The notes below the pieces were generated by a model. The model had not been told where the DNA came from, ran no database searches, and worked only from the letters and a program-made list of their open reading frames with translations. Below, piece by piece: positions 42,901 through 57,630 of a DNA stretch of 64,000 nt. Every line of letters starts with the position of its first letter. Positions within the stretch are counted from its first letter, which is position 1. Made by a program: the position numbers and the translations under genes. This DNA comes from Octopus vulgaris. Taxonomy: Eukaryota. The stretch lies in contig OX597821.1 of NCBI GenBank assembly GCA_951406725.2, positions 105,400,001 to 105,464,000 on the forward strand, read 5' to 3'.

Positions 42901-43020
42901 TTATATAGAAGGAGCTTCTACAGGACTAGAACTGTTTCTTTCAAAAGAAATCATCAGGAAGTCCTGATGATTTCTTTTGAATGAAACAGTTCTAGTCCTG
43001 TAGAAGCTCCTTCTATATAA
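42901..43020. repeat. Near-perfect 120-bp palindrome with a CTGATGA...GAAA hammerhead core on each arm
   Basis: ttatatagaaggagcttctacaggactagaactgtttc...aaatcatcagga-ag-tcctgatgattt...gaaacagttctagtcctgtagaagctccttctatataa; continuation 43070-43162 has an inverted copy at 42520-42610. Confidence 0.9.
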
Positions 43021-43361
43021 TAAATTAATTTACTCTGCCATGTATTGAGTACCTTATTTACTGTGGTTAACCCCGACTCAACCCGGGACCTACATATATG
43101 TATATATATATATATGGTATGAATGTATGTATATAATTCATGTCTTTTGCGCAGCTTCTATTTATATATATATATATATTTAGAGAGACAGAGAGACAGA
43201 GAGACAGAGTGAGAGCGAGAGAGAGATAGATATATACATATATATATATGTATATATATAAAGAGAGAGAGAGAAATAATTGAGATTCAGTTGAATTAGG
43301 TAGAGCTCGAAGTAAGGTTAATAAAATCAAAATAAGCAGAAGGATATCGAGAAGTGATAGA

Positions 43362-43444
43362 GTACGACCGTTTCGAGCGGCTCCATTTAATTGAACAATG
43401 CAATCATTACATCAATTTAAATGCAGAGCCATCATCAGCTGCAC
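43362..43444 (-). ncRNA. Type I hammerhead motif, canonical core, long helix II
   Basis: Minus strand gtgcag-CTGATGA-t-ggctc-tg-cattt-a-aattga...tcaatt-aaatg-gagcc-gctc-GAAA-cgg-TC-gtac. Confidence 0.55.
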
Positions 43445-43885
43445 AATTAAATACAATTTTAATCAAATGGGCACATTAATATTATTTTTCCACAAATACA
43501 AGATGGAAGATACAGAGCAAGAAGATGGAAGAAATCAATGTTGTCGCTATTGTAGCTAAAGATAGACTGCAACAGACAGAAACCACAACGTACCAGGGTA
43601 CACTCTCCTGCAGAAATTTGGTCGGCTGAGTCATCTGGCACTATGTCCTGTTTGCGAGAAGTTCTTAATGTATTCTCCTGATAGAAATGTTTCTTTTTGT
43701 ATGATGGAACTTCATAAGTAAAGCACATGTTTGAAAACCTATAGCGGACCGAACCACAACTAGGTTATTTTATATGTATGTGCATGTGTGTGTGATGTGT
43801 GTATGGGGGGTGTATTTGTGTGCACAGACCTATAATAAGTATATATATGAATGCATATCTTTCTCTATCTATCTATATATCTATG

Positions 43886-43919
<34 letters not shown>

Positions 43920-43955
43920 ACTATCTATATATCTATTTATCTATCAATTTATATG

Positions 43956-44029
<74 letters not shown>

Positions 44030-44309
44030 GATATCTATCTATCTATATGTCTGTCTATCCGTGTATCAATCTGAATCGTATGTGTTTATATTTGGACGCT
44101 TTATATCTCATTACTTCACAACCGTTCAAGTACTTGTAAGATGGCAGCTCTCAAAATGACACCACGCAAATAAATATCAGATTAAAAGCTACCACTAAGA
44201 CTGTGAAATATCAGACTTTCTATGAACAACTACAAGGCTTAATCGCTCCCAGGCGGTGTCGGGACATGATTCGCTGTTTAATGCCTGAAGCGAATAAAAC
44301 AATCATATA

Positions 44310-44358
<49 letters not shown>

Positions 44359-44383
44359 GTGTGTGTGTGTGTGTGTGTGTATA

Positions 44384-44546
44384 TGCTCTTTTACTTTTTA
44401 CTCTTTTACTTGTTTCAGTCATTTGACTGTGGCCATGCTGAGCACCGCCTTTAGTCGAGCAAATCGACCCCGGGACTTATTCTTTGTAAGCCCAGTACTT
44501 ATTCTATCGTCTCTTTGCCGAACCGCTTGACGGGACTAAACCACCA

Positions 44547-44588
<42 letters not shown>

Positions 44589-44709
44589 CATTTCGCGTAT
44601 GCTCTTTTACTCTTTTACTCTTTTACTTGTTTCAGTCATTTGACTGTGGCCATGCTTGAGCATCGGTTGTCAAGCAATGCTAGGGGGACAAACACAGACA
44701 CACAAACAT

Positions 44710-44775
<66 letters not shown>

Positions 44776-44932
44776 GACAGGCTTCTTTCAGTTTCCGTCT
44801 ACCAAATCCACTCAGAAGGCATTGGTCGACCCGGAGCTATAGCAGAAGACATTTGCCCAAGATGCCACGCAGTGTACTGAACCCGGAACCATGTAGTTGT
44901 TTAGCAAGCTACTTACCACACAGTCACTCCTA
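44384..44932 (-). mobile_element. Two SINE family B pieces in tandem (44384-44548 and 44600-44932)
   Basis: Repeated tail ctcttttacttgtttcagtcatttgactgtggccatgct; the second copy lacks the internal part present in the first. Confidence 0.85.
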
Positions 44933-44939
44933 TATACAT

Positions 44940-44970
<31 letters not shown>

Positions 44971-44971
44971 C

Positions 44972-45021
<50 letters not shown>

Positions 45022-45305
45022 GGAGAGAGAAAGAGAAAGAGAGAGTTAGCTAGAAAAATAAAAGGAATGCTTTATTGTGCTAGAGTCAAGCCAAATAAAT
45101 TTCAAGCAGTATCTAGTATGTTAAATATTACGTTTTTAAAAGAATTTCGCTCGTATTGCCTACAGCCTCAGACTGTGATGCCTTGAAATATTAGCATATA
45201 ATGATTAGACTTTAAGTATGGTGTCCAGTCATAAGTAGTAAATTAATATGAAGATAAAAATGTGTGCTATAGAAATGTCTGGCAACAGGTTTTTGCAGTA
45301 ACCAA

Positions 45306-45432
<127 letters not shown>

Positions 45433-47289
45433 CCGTCGTTGCTACAACTAAATCTCCTACTACACACGCACAAACACATGCGTGCACAGACACACACATG
45501 CACTATATGCATCAAAAAATATAAATATATATAGACATATATACGTACATTGTGTGCATGCCAGTGTGTGTGTGTGTGTGTGAGCATGTGTCTGTGTATG
45601 TGTGTGTATGACTGTATACGTACGTGTGTACGTGCAATTGTGTCCGTACATAAGTGTGAATATTGACTGAAAAATCATTTGAAATTCATATAATTGTGAA
45701 GAAATTATTTCATCCTCTGAGTATAAATATATGTGATTATAAAATTATACCTTAGATATGGCGAAGCTGTTTTATATTTACTCACATGCTTTTCGCAAGT
45801 CTACAGTAATTTGCTTTTGTTTCTGTATTAATATAGATAATATAATTCCATACCCTCCAAGGAATTATTTATAAAATTGTCTTATAAATCATTAGACGCA
45901 ATTAAAAAAATATTTTTAGACCACAATTTTTTCTCTGTTAACAGGTTTTTGAAAAAGAATTTTCATGAAATAATTTCATGCATATTTTCCAAATTATATG
46001 ATGTTAGATAGAAATTTGTTGAAGAGAACTGAAAGACAAATTTCATTTATTTCGAGAACAATTTCTGAAGATCTGCTAAGAAATTATTAAAGATTTCAAA
46101 GTTCATCAGATTAGTATTTCTTCAGCAAATACACTATTTCCCAAACGTATTGGTCTTATTCAAGATGCATCAATACTTATGGCCGGCGCAAGGTAAATTT
46201 TTCAATGCCATAATTTTTTCATCACTAATAAGAGACAAGAAATATTAGGCCCCATTAAATGAATAATTGCTAAGTGATTGCGCTAACGTTATTGAAAGTT
46301 ATTTATCTCTTTGTGCCAATTGCATGGCTATAGATATATATGGAAACTGAGACTCGATTGAAAAATTACAGAAACATGGGCAGAGTTTGATAAAATTCAG
46401 GCATCTTTTTAAAATAGTATTTTCCCTAAGATGGATACGAGATGGAGAGGGGGAGAAAGAGTGTGTGACAGAGAGAGAGAGAGAGAGAGCAGACGAAACC
46501 TGTAAGCCATAATCTCCTTGGAAATCTTGGGCCACGCTATATGGGAAAGAGGAACAAACGGGTTATGTTCAGGACCCTTTATATTTTCTTCTTTCTGAGG
46601 GTCCTGATATATTCTTATTACGATGTATGTATGTATGTATGTATGTATGTATGTATGTATGTATGTATGTATGTATGTATGCATGTATGCATGTATGTAC
46701 GTACGTATGTATGTGTGTATGTATGTGTGCTTTTATAAAAGGTGCAAAATACCACAAGACTGTTCCTCAGAGACTCACGTTGAACGGACGGGAACGTGAA
46801 ATCCTGAGGAATAGTGTTTTGATGAATTTTAAGCTTTTATAAAAGCATATATTACTCCATATTCGGTATTTGAGTCTGTGTGTGTCTGTATATATTTATA
46901 TAAATATTCGTCACTACCATCATCATCATCATCACCAAAAACACCACAACCACCACCATAACTACCACCACCATCATCATCATCTTCGTCACCGTCGTCG
47001 TCGTCATCATCATCATCATTTAAAATTCGTTTTAAATGCAGGCTTGATTTTAGCGGTTTGATACGACCTGGCAAGCCTGGGAGCCGTATGAGGCTGCATT
47101 GTCTGTTGTGGCATGGTTTGTACAATTCGATGTCCCTTACTAAATTATCCACTAGAGAGAATCCGGTTTATACGAAAAAAGGAATTGTCCATGTATCTAT
47201 AAATTTCATGGCTCCCTTACATCTTACACGAACACACACTGCTTGTTATGATAATATTATTATTCCACTGCAGGTGCTGAGTATTCATA

Positions 47290-48395
47290 GCTTGCAATAG
47301 CTACACCGAATAAAATTTGTGAATACACCTTTCCTACCAACTGAGCAGAGCAATTTATCTGAAGTTGGTAGGGTCCTGTCTTTTTTCATGCTTACTTGGA
47401 TCTTTCTTTTAGCTATTATCTTTAAGGCCCTTCTAGTGGAGGTTTTGCTTCCACACCTAGAATTTCATTTCTACTTCTTTTACAGATTCTGCTATGAGAG
47501 AAAGATCATCAGTATAACATAGCTCACATGGGCATCCGGTCTTAAATTCCTGTGTTGTGGTATCGAGCGTGGTGATGACTAGAACACCTACCTGTACATC
47601 AAATTCCTCACTCTACTGATGGCTGTCTCTCATCATACTAACTGCATCCTTCTACATGGTCTGAACTACTTTGACTAGCCCTTCGTCTATCCCTAGTTGC
47701 CTCGAAGATTCCCATATCACAGAGCGAAGTACCTTGTCGATCAATGGGTTTTTACAGATCAATAAATGCTAAGCACAACGTCCTATTCTTAGCCTGTCAT
47801 TTCCCTTGCACTTACCTATGAAAATAGAATCGGTAGTGTTTTCCCCGATATAAGGCTAAACTGCATTTCAGCTAGCCTAATTATGTCCCTCATAAATTGA
47901 GTTATAACACTCTCCGTAAATTTCATCATTTCATCTAGCAAGTTGATGCTTCTATGATTAATTCTAAAACCTCTGACTTGCAGTTGTAGCAGGTATGATG
48001 CTGCTGAGCCAGTCACTGCGATTACGCCTTCCTGAATAACGGAGTTATCCATATGGGTGGTTCTGCTCTACAACACGTTTGAAGAATCTCAGTAATGACT
48101 CCTGAAGCACAAGAGACATTCCCTCTGTGCATAATTTTAATTGCCTTTGCTATCATACTAATATCAACTAGGGTAGTTGATCCCTATTTTGGGTTCATAT
48201 CAGGGAGACACCCTATATTCCTTTCTTTCCCCTTCCATCGTAATGCTTCTAAACTATTTTCTTCTCAGAATCACGAAGCATGAGCATACCATTATTATTC
48301 ATTATACACTTCTCGCCCACAGCATCGCGATTCTTTGCAACACACTGTTTCGCAATGCGGAACGCCTCAAGTCTCTGATCTTCATGCTGTAAGAC
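47290..48395 (-). mobile_element. Decayed RTE-clade LINE ORF2 (RT) fragment
   Basis: Minus strand, across frameshifts: LCLAFIDL*K...VLRSVIWESSRQLGIDEGLVK...QVGV...EFKTGCPCELCYTDDL. Confidence 0.8.
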
Positions 48396-48472
48396 ATTGG
48401 TACACTTCCTCCTTTTGATTCATCCCTACCAATATATACAAACATACATAAACACACACTCACACACAAACG

Positions 48473-48506
<34 letters not shown>

Positions 48507-48773
48507 TACACAAATACTGACGCATACACATATACATATAAATATAATAGGATTAGTGGGTGTAGATCGGGAATACTGGACTGTACGCATGGGTCAACGA
48601 GGAAGAAATAAGGAGGCACCATTCCTCACACCCATATTCTACGACACAGGGGTATATGTAAATCCTTGACGTTGTCAAACCAATCTACGTTCATCTTTAT
48701 GCCATAAAATTTAGCATTGAATAAATAATTTTTTTCATTTTTTTTCTATTAGGCCATTATACTTCAACGCACA

Positions 48774-48825
<52 letters not shown>

Positions 48826-48827
<2 letters not shown>

Positions 48828-49232
48828 GCGCGGGAGTGGCTGTGTAGTAAGACGTTTGCTTACCAACAATATGGTTCCGGGTTCAGTCCTCCTGCGTAGT
48901 ACCTTGGGCAAGTGCCTTCTACATATGAAATATGGAACTGGATCATGTAGTCTCGGGCTCACTAAATCCTTGTAAGTGGATTTGGTAGACGGAAACTGAA
49001 AGAAGCCCGTCATATATATACATGTGTGCATGTGTTCGTGCGTTTGTGTTTCTCCCCCCTCCCCCCACACACTATTGTTTGGCAACCGATGTTGTTGTGA
49101 TTACGTTCCCGTAACATAGAGGTTCGGCAAAAGAAATCGATAGGATAAGTAAAAGAATAAGTCGTGGAGTCGATCTATTCGACTATAGGCGATGCTCCAG
49201 CATGGCCGCAGTCGAATGACTTGAACAAATAC
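48826..49232 (+). mobile_element. SINE family B
   Basis: ggcgcgggagtggctgtgtagtaag...gctccagcatggccgcagtc. Confidence 0.9.
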
Positions 49233-49249
49233 AAAAAATAGGTTTTCTT

Positions 49250-49462
49250 CAATTGTTTCAGTCAGTTGAATGTGGCCATACTAGGGCATTACTTTTAGTG
49301 GTTTTAGCCAAACAAATCGACGCCTGAAGTGAATTTTTTATGCCTTTCACTTATTCTATCGGCCACTTTTCTCCTGGAGTAGGAGAGTTTTGTCCAAGGC
49401 TCCACGTAGTGGGATTGAACCTGTAACTATGTGGTTTAGAAGCAAGCTTCTCACCCACCAAA
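49250..49462 (-). mobile_element. SINE family B, degenerate, tail-to-tail with the preceding copy
   Basis: ttgtttcagtcagttgaatgtggccat...gtccaaggctccacgtagtgggattgaacc. Confidence 0.7.
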
Positions 49463-49874
49463 CACGCAAAGTATGCTGATGTGTTGATAATTTAGACTAG
49501 AAATACTGTAAATATATTACGTACGATGGCCGGCTGAAAAATTCACTGGCTAACCAGTGATCCGATATATAGGTACGAATATTATCAACTCTGACAGCAT
49601 TTACAAAAGCTTATTTTCAGAAATTGGCCTTGAGTTATTGGAATTTTGGGGGTACAAATGTATTTGATAATCTTTTGTCTGAAACAGAAGCATAAATCAT
49701 TATTAGACATATGAAACGAACAACAGAACAATCATCAAATTCAGACACAATAGTGATGTGTATATCATACACAACAATGACACTAACTCACAAACAATTA
49801 CGCACGGACGTGCACACACATATAGATAAATATATATATATATATATAATATATATGTATCACTCACTATCACG

Positions 49875-50128
49875 CTGGTCACAATGCGTTCGCATTGTTT
49901 TAGCCTTCGAATGTCGCCACCCCGCTGGCTAAGCGAGCAGGCCAACAGACGAAAGAGTGAGAGAAAGAGTGGTGAAAGAGTACAGCAGGGATCACCACCC
50001 CCTGCCGGAGCGTCGTGGAGCTTTTAGGTGTTTTCGCTCAATAAACACACACAACGCTCGGTCTGGGAATCGAAACTGCGATCCTACGACCGCGAGTCCG
50101 CTGCCCTAACCACTGGGCCATTGCGCCT

Positions 50129-50130
<2 letters not shown>
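49875..50130 (-). mobile_element. SINE family A
   Basis: Reverse complement of 2412-2710; head ccactgggccattgcgcctcc on plus. Confidence 0.9.
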
Positions 50131-50216
<86 letters not shown>

Positions 50217-50253
50217 CAACATATGATGATCTGGCCGGTCACGTGACGTGATA

Positions 50254-50289
<36 letters not shown>

Positions 50290-50392
50290 TGTGTGTGTAA
50301 AAACGGTAAGATAACAAAAGAAAGAGACCTCAATAATATGTAAATAGAGGAAATTTATCTGTAAAATATTATGTGGCAATTATTTCACAGAT

Positions 50393-50790
50393 AGAGTGGC
50401 TGTGTGGTAAGTAGCTTGTTTACCAACCACATGGTTCCGGGTTCAGTCCCACTGCGTGGCACCTTCGGCAAGTGTCTTCTACTATAGCCACGGGCTGACC
50501 AAAGCCTTGTGAGTGGATTTGGTAGACGGAAACTGAAAGAAGCCCGTCGTATATATGTATATATATGCGTGTGTGTGTTTGTATGTCTGTGTTTGTCCCC
50601 CTAGCATTGCTTGACAACCGATGCTGGCGTGTTTATGTCCCCGTTACTTAGCGGTTCGGCAAAAGAGACCGATAGAATAAGTACTGGGCTTACAAAAGAA
50701 TAAGTCCCGGTGTCGAGTTGCTCGATTAAAGGTGGTGCTCCAGCATGGCCGCAGTCAAATGACTGAAACAAGTAAAAGAGTAAAAGAGAG
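50393..50790 (+). mobile_element. SINE family B, well-preserved copy (tRNA head, CORE-like gtggcacct..ggcaagtg segment)
   Basis: gagtggctgtgtggtaagtagc...ggttcagtccc...ggtgctccagcatggccgcagtcaaatgactgaaacaagtaaaagagtaaaagag. Confidence 0.9.
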
Positions 50791-50793
50791 AGA

Positions 50794-50871
<78 letters not shown>

Positions 50872-51115
50872 ATAAAATGCGAATAAAAAGTTAAACAATC
50901 ACGAGAAATGAACGAAGGAAGCAAACGATACTTGAAGGAAGACAAGAAAATATATGGCTAAAAATAATGTGCAGGAATTTAAAACGAAGCAACTAAAGTG
51001 GACGAGTTTGTAATATGAAACTACGCACACCGATGCCCATAACGAAACTACGAAATCTGCATAATACGCATACCGCACGCACACAGTGGTAAACACAGAT
51101 TTTTATAATGCATAA

Positions 51116-51150
<35 letters not shown>

Positions 51151-51158
51151 CGTGTTTG

Positions 51159-51265
<107 letters not shown>

Positions 51266-51714
51266 AACATATATATATATATATGTATATAGGTCTATGT
51301 GTATATAATATTTACGTTTACGTGTATTTCAGTATTATTTAACTTGCTGCAATCAAATATCGAATTGGCATCAGGACAATTTCTGTATGCAATCATTGAA
51401 ATTATTGTATGCTATAACTGCTTCAGAGATCTTTTATATTACTTACTAAAACAAATCAACGAAGAGAACTAAAATCCAGCAACTAAGCCAGTTCTTTCTT
51501 AAGAATTCTTTATAGAACTTAAATTGTTTCAGACATTCACGGTCGAATAAATTCCCAGACATATCTTTTCACTTTGCTTAGCAGCGAAAATATTCTGAAA
51601 ATTATGGTTTTGTTTTCCCATGTTTCCTAAAGGAATACCTATTTATGTCTCATATATCTATCACTCTATCCGCATATACATATATACGTTACATATATAT
51701 ATAAATTTTATATA

Positions 51715-51755
<41 letters not shown>

Positions 51756-51782
51756 GTGTGTATAAATAGGTATATATATATA

Positions 51783-51854
<72 letters not shown>

Positions 51855-51994
51855 ATGTATATATACATAGAAGGAGAGATGCATAAGTTAAATATATATC
51901 GATTAATATATAACATATTTTGTGTGTGTGTGTGTATAGTGTATGCAATAAGCTTGCAGGAACTCTAACGTATGCATATAGGAATAGTAAATAA

Positions 51995-53090
51995 GCATTT
52001 GTTTGTCTTGAGATGGTAGAACATTAACCAGCTGCATGAATAGAAGCTGCAGGTGCAGTGTGTATGTATGTGTGTGTGTGTGAGAGAGCGTGTGTATGCA
52101 ATTTGTATTCTGAGGTTGCTTGCATGTTTAATGGAAATACAATCACAATGTTTTAATAAAATTTATGTATCTCACATCATACACTATCTTTTAACTTTTG
52201 AATTGATCGTGTATTAAAAAGTGAGCAGGACAGCGAGCCGTGGTATAGATTATTGAACGTTGATGTCCACATTTTTGTTATTTTCGCGAATTAATGTTAT
52301 GTTTAAAAGTTCTCAAATTAGACTGCCTACATTCGCTTGATATATATTTACAATCGTATAATTTGAAAGATATTATTCCTCAATATAGACCGTCGATCAT
52401 GTCCGTTATTTGCACTTCGTTCCACGTCTGGGAATTTAATCGACCGTGATAACGCAGTTGTAAAATAATGCTTTCAGGGCAGATTGTTGAAGGGGAAATA
52501 TATAGCATGCGGAAATATAATGGCAGTAAACGATATATTGGTAGTAACCAGAACATTTGTTTGTCTTGATATGGTAGAATATTAACCAGCTAAAAAAACA
52601 GAAGGTCCAGGTGCAATTGTGGTTAGAAGGGCAGAATGATAGTAGAAAAAACAAAAAAGGTGTTTCTGTGAGTGCAGCCCGGGGAATTGATAATAATCAA
52701 ATTCTTCCTGTATACAATTTTTTCTTGTTTCGTTTTTGGATTTGGTTTGCAAAATTCTTTATATGAGTTCGTGTGTATTGAAGCATATTCTGTTATGTCT
52801 GGGAATAGTCATTTTCTTTTTCTGCCTTATAATATAAAACATTCACCTGTAAAATTTCCACTCATTTCTTATTTTTGTTTTCCTAAAATTTCCGTTAGGT
52901 CTTGCAACCTTTTCAGTAGTCTTGAATCTGTCCGTTATTTGCACTTCGTTCCTGTCTGGGAATTTAATCGACCGTGAGTGGCTGAACGCAGTGTAAATAA
53001 CGGGCAGAGACAAGACTATTGAAAAGGTTGCAAGATGCAACGAAAATTTTAGGAAAATAAAAATAAGAAAGAGGTGGAAATTTTTTTCTT
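51995..53090. repeat. Mosaic of short direct and inverted duplications
   Basis: gtccgttatttgcacttcgttcc-gtctgggaatttaatcgaccgtga at ~52401 and ~52930 (inverted piece at ~51535); gtttgtcttga-atggtagaa-attaaccagct at ~52001 and ~52558; inverted arms ~52850-52925 / ~53010-53085. Confidence 0.75.
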
Positions 53091-53818
53091 AATTTTCAGA
53101 TTAATAACATTGAAAATTGCGCAACCAAATGCTTAAAACAAAATATCACCGAACGTACGAATAGGAAGGTGTGTTGTATAAATTACTAATAGATGAAACG
53201 AGTGTAGAAAAAGAAAGGCTTTATATATCAAGGAATATTAAAAGGGTTCAGAAGTAACAACACTTAGCCGTAATGTATTAATAAACTGTTCGTTGCAAAT
53301 TCATACCTTGTCTCTTATATCTCTTGGGCTGCATAGAATAGCCCGGGAAATAATCTTGTATGTGTTATGTTCTAGCAAGCACATATCCACTGATGATATG
53401 TCTCTGCTGATATTTCTTATACAAGAAGTTTCCATTCATGGACAGGAGAAATAACCGTTGAAACATATGTGAATATATAAAATATATAGTTTCTCTCTTA
53501 CTTCTCTCTTTCTCTATATCGAAACATGTGTGTGTATACACACAAACACACACACACATACACACGCACACACAGACATATATAGTACTAATAAGAAACA
53601 AAATAGTTATGTTCGTCGCTGATGACTAGTAACTATTCTTTCCCGATTAATTCTTTTTGACGCCAATTCAAATAAATATTCCAACTGAAATATTACGGCT
53701 ACTACGATACATAGAATATCAACATACACACACGCATATATGTAATATGCACACACGCATACACATATATACACACATGCACACACGTACACACATGCAT
53801 ACACACATATAGCGTTAG

Positions 53819-54130
53819 AAGGCACATGACTCAGAGGTTAGAGTGTCCGGTTTACAATTGTGAGGTTGTTAATTCGATTCCCGGACAGGGTGAGTGTTGT
53901 ATCTTGAGCAGGACACTTTCGATTGCTCCAGTTCACCCAGTTATAGAAATGAGATGTCACTGATGTCAAGCTGTGTCGGCCTTTACCTTTCCATTGGACA
54001 ACTTCGGTGGCGTGAAGGAGGGAGACTGGTATGCATGTGCGACTGCTGGTCTTCCACTATTTTCATTGTCCGGAATTTACCTTGGGTGAGAACATTCTTG
54101 GTGCGACCACATGGTCATTCATGACGAAGA
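53819..54130 (+). mobile_element. tRNA-derived SINE, degenerate
   Basis: aaggcacatgactcagaggttagagtg...aattcgattcccggac...cttgagcaggacacttt. Confidence 0.7.
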
Positions 54131-54239
54131 GATTTCGAGTGTGAGGGAGAGAATGAGAGAGAGAGAAGGAGATATAATACATGCACGCATACCCACGCAC
54201 ACACGCACATATATGCATAAGAACGTCAATTGAAACGTT

Positions 54240-55450
54240 ATTAAACTGATCAGGATAGCTTCATGGAATGTTATCAAGTGAAGTTTTGAACTTAGTTCCT
54301 CTTGTGGTGCACATACTTCTGTATCAGACCCTAAATCACATAGGGGAACAGACCTTCATCCTATTGATCAAAAATACATCAACATCATATATGATGTCAT
54401 GATCACTGCACTACTGGCTTCCATTCGTGTGATTTTTTTGCTGGAGAAGAGATGATATACAGATGGGGCGAAATCAGAAGAATAGGGGGTGACCAGCCAG
54501 TTCAAACACACACTCATGCACCGAAGTTATTGAAATGCATGAATTGTGCGTTGGAGAACTTTCATGGAGGGACGATACCACTTTCGTTTGTTTTATTCAG
54601 CGTTTGTTCTCCATAGCCTTTCATAACTGCCTCAGTAAGTTGACACCTCTCTCTCTCTTTCTCTCTATTGTATGCGTACTATTTCTGGAGATAATTAATA
54701 CAATAGATTTCGCACCCCAAACTACTGAAGCCATCACATTCCCAGTTCATGAAACAACCTTGGTCTTATTTGAAGCAGGTTAAGAAGGATCTTTTCCATT
54801 GTATATATTATCTTATTGCCTGTGTCACAAAGTAAAGTTATCAACAATCGTCATTGGTTGGGAAATTGAAGAAAACTAACTGGATCCTGTTTGAAACAAC
54901 GTTATATTTCTCCGGGATGTGATCAGTCCGTTGCGCTTATCATCAGGTATCAGAAGACGGGACACCCACCGAGTAAAAAATCTTCATCGCATATTCAATG
55001 TGCCGAGTATTCTCAACTCTCTCACGGATTATACTAACAGCATTGGCTATTTGATTTATAGCCATTCGCTTGTCATGTGGTGAACACGATTAGTGTTTTC
55101 CTCTGTGGTGGTAGTTGCCAGACATCCAAGCCATTGGTCCTCTTCAAGACTCTCCTTTCCCCTCCTAGATCTAGCCGTCCTCTGTCTCACGGTCGATAAA
55201 AACCTAGAGCATCATCTAATGTAGGAGCCATGCCAGAATGAATGTCCTCGTGAAGAAAAAATATTTTTACCGCAGGTACTTGAAAACAGTATGATTTCCA
55301 ATTTTCTTCACACGAAAGAGATGTCGCTACAAGTTATTTCTGAACTCTTTTCCGAACAGTCACTTTACGTAGAGAGAAAGCATACAGTTATTAATAAGAA
55401 AAGTTGAAATCAATGCGTGCATGGTCTCACAGCTTCAATATCACTCCTTC
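54240..55450 (-). mobile_element. Decayed mariner transposon
   Basis: Minus strand cacccctattcttctgatttcgcccca ~ HP(P)YSSDFAP (YSPDLAP motif, ~54465-54492); cggtgggtgtcccgtctt = RWVSRL (WVP motif, ~54955-54972). Confidence 0.7.
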
Positions 55451-56671
55451 GTACTCAGACTGTGATCTCTTCATTCCACTCTTATTTGCGCTTGTGTTAG
55501 AAATATTTTCCAGATATATTTCATTACTCAGTAGATCACAACAAAACATTGCCTTTGAGTATAGGCAGTAAGGAATGTCATATACATTTCAGTATCCACA
55601 ATATTTAATAATATTTAAAAAGTAATTGTTACCTCATTTGATATTTTCTTCGTAATCTATTACATTTGTACATCTAAAGTAATACACTCTGAACCCTTTT
55701 TTGAATTCTTGTTATATACCCCTTAAATGTATGCTTTAATAATATCTTAAAGTGTCTTAAATTTTCAAGTTTCAGTTTATTTAAATGAAGCAATGCCATC
55801 TAGTATACACATACACGCGCACTCACTCATTGAGAATAAATGTCTGAACCACTAAACCTCATAATGTTTATGTTTATGCAGTCTTTTAATTTGAAATTTA
55901 TATGTAGTGTTATATTTTTCACATTAAAACATCCTTAGTTAATAAAATACTTTGTAATTACTCTATGAGATAAACTAATTTAATTTAAAATCTATAATCC
56001 GTAATGTTTGATCAGATTTCGTTATATATCCATAATCAATAGATTCTGATCATTATTTCACCTATACTAATTTAATCTAAACATTTTAATCAATGCTTGC
56101 TTTTGAAAAGATATTGAATCAATTCTTTCTTTTTCTCTCATGTGTGTGTATGCATGTATAGAAATGATTTTACTCCATATTAGATGAACTCCCTATACAA
56201 GCATATTCTTTGGCTAATCTTGTAAACACCATGCACTCTTAGATTTTAACAATTTTAATATTTTTATTTTCCCATTCAACATAGCGTATCTTATTTAAGT
56301 CTTTCACATATTACAGTTTTCTTTATACTGCAGATTATAGATTTCAAACACATTTATAGATTGAATTAATCCTCTGAATTTCATTATGTTCATGCTATAT
56401 TGCATTAAAATATACACTTTTCTCAATTCATTAATTTTATGATTTAATTTAATGTAATTCCTTAATCAATATCTACCTAAACCATTTTAATACGTACTTT
56501 CTAAACTATTTATATAATATAGATAATTTTAATCTGTTTTCTAATAATTGCGCACTCTGATTTCAATTAATCAATACATTTTCATTAGATATTTAGATTA
56601 AACCACGAAATGGTAGATATAAATTAGATCTAATCCCGAAGCTATATAGATAAAATGTGCTATATATATAC

Positions 56672-56736
<65 letters not shown>

Positions 56737-56777
56737 AAATATACATATATATATACATACATATATACATACATACA

Positions 56778-56829
<52 letters not shown>

Positions 56830-57241
56830 TTTTCGGTTCTGTTAACAGTTTAATCGAATATGCTGGCATTGAAGTAGCAACATTAAGAATTTTGTCTCGG
56901 TGAATCTAGCTAAGGAGTGGTAATCAAATTTAGGTTAACAAACACATGTTGGGGAGTTCAAAACCTAGCTCCTTATTTATCGACATTTGGGTTGTACATT
57001 TATCTAATGTTCATCCTACAAGTAAGATGAAGTCTTTTTGTTAATGTTCGCCGCCCGCAAACACTTTTGCCAGTATATGCAGCGAAGATTTGCTATAAAG
57101 TCCGATTTATATATTATAGACCGATATTTCCAGCAAATATATATATATACGTACACAGTTCTTCAGGTGATGTACATATGTTGCAATTTGAGAATAATGA
57201 GGCAGTCAGAACGTTAGATAATTATATATATTTTTATTTAT

Positions 57242-57630
57242 ATTTTTAGCTCGTTTTTCCGTAAGCGGATTTATCAAAATAGTGGTTTATAGATAGTTTG
57301 CTTCACATTTCTTACGAAAATTGAGACTGATGATGTTTTAAAAAGAGCGAGACGGAGAGGGGGAGAAATGGAGGGGAAAGAGAGGATCAAGATCAGAAAG
57401 GAAGGTGCAGGGGTTAGAGAGGAGTGAGATTGGGAGAGAGTGAAGATAGGGAAAAGAAAAGAAAGTAGACAGAGAGATTTAGGTGTCTGTGAAGGAAGGG
57501 AAAATAAGGAAGAAAAATGTTTGAGTGGAAGGGGGTAAAAGGAGGGGTAAAGTGTGTCGTTAGGCAAGAAATGAGTGAAAATCACTTCTCTTAAAAAAAG
57601 CGGTGTTTAAACTATAACTACAAGGAGCTA
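57242..57630 (-). mobile_element. PLE 3' tail remnant with U3:A8 hammerhead motif (57242-57282)
   Basis: Minus strand ctatt-TTGATAA-a-tccg[ctta]cgga-AAAA-cgagc-TA-aaaat; pyrimidine-rich UTR like the other PLE tails. Confidence 0.5.
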
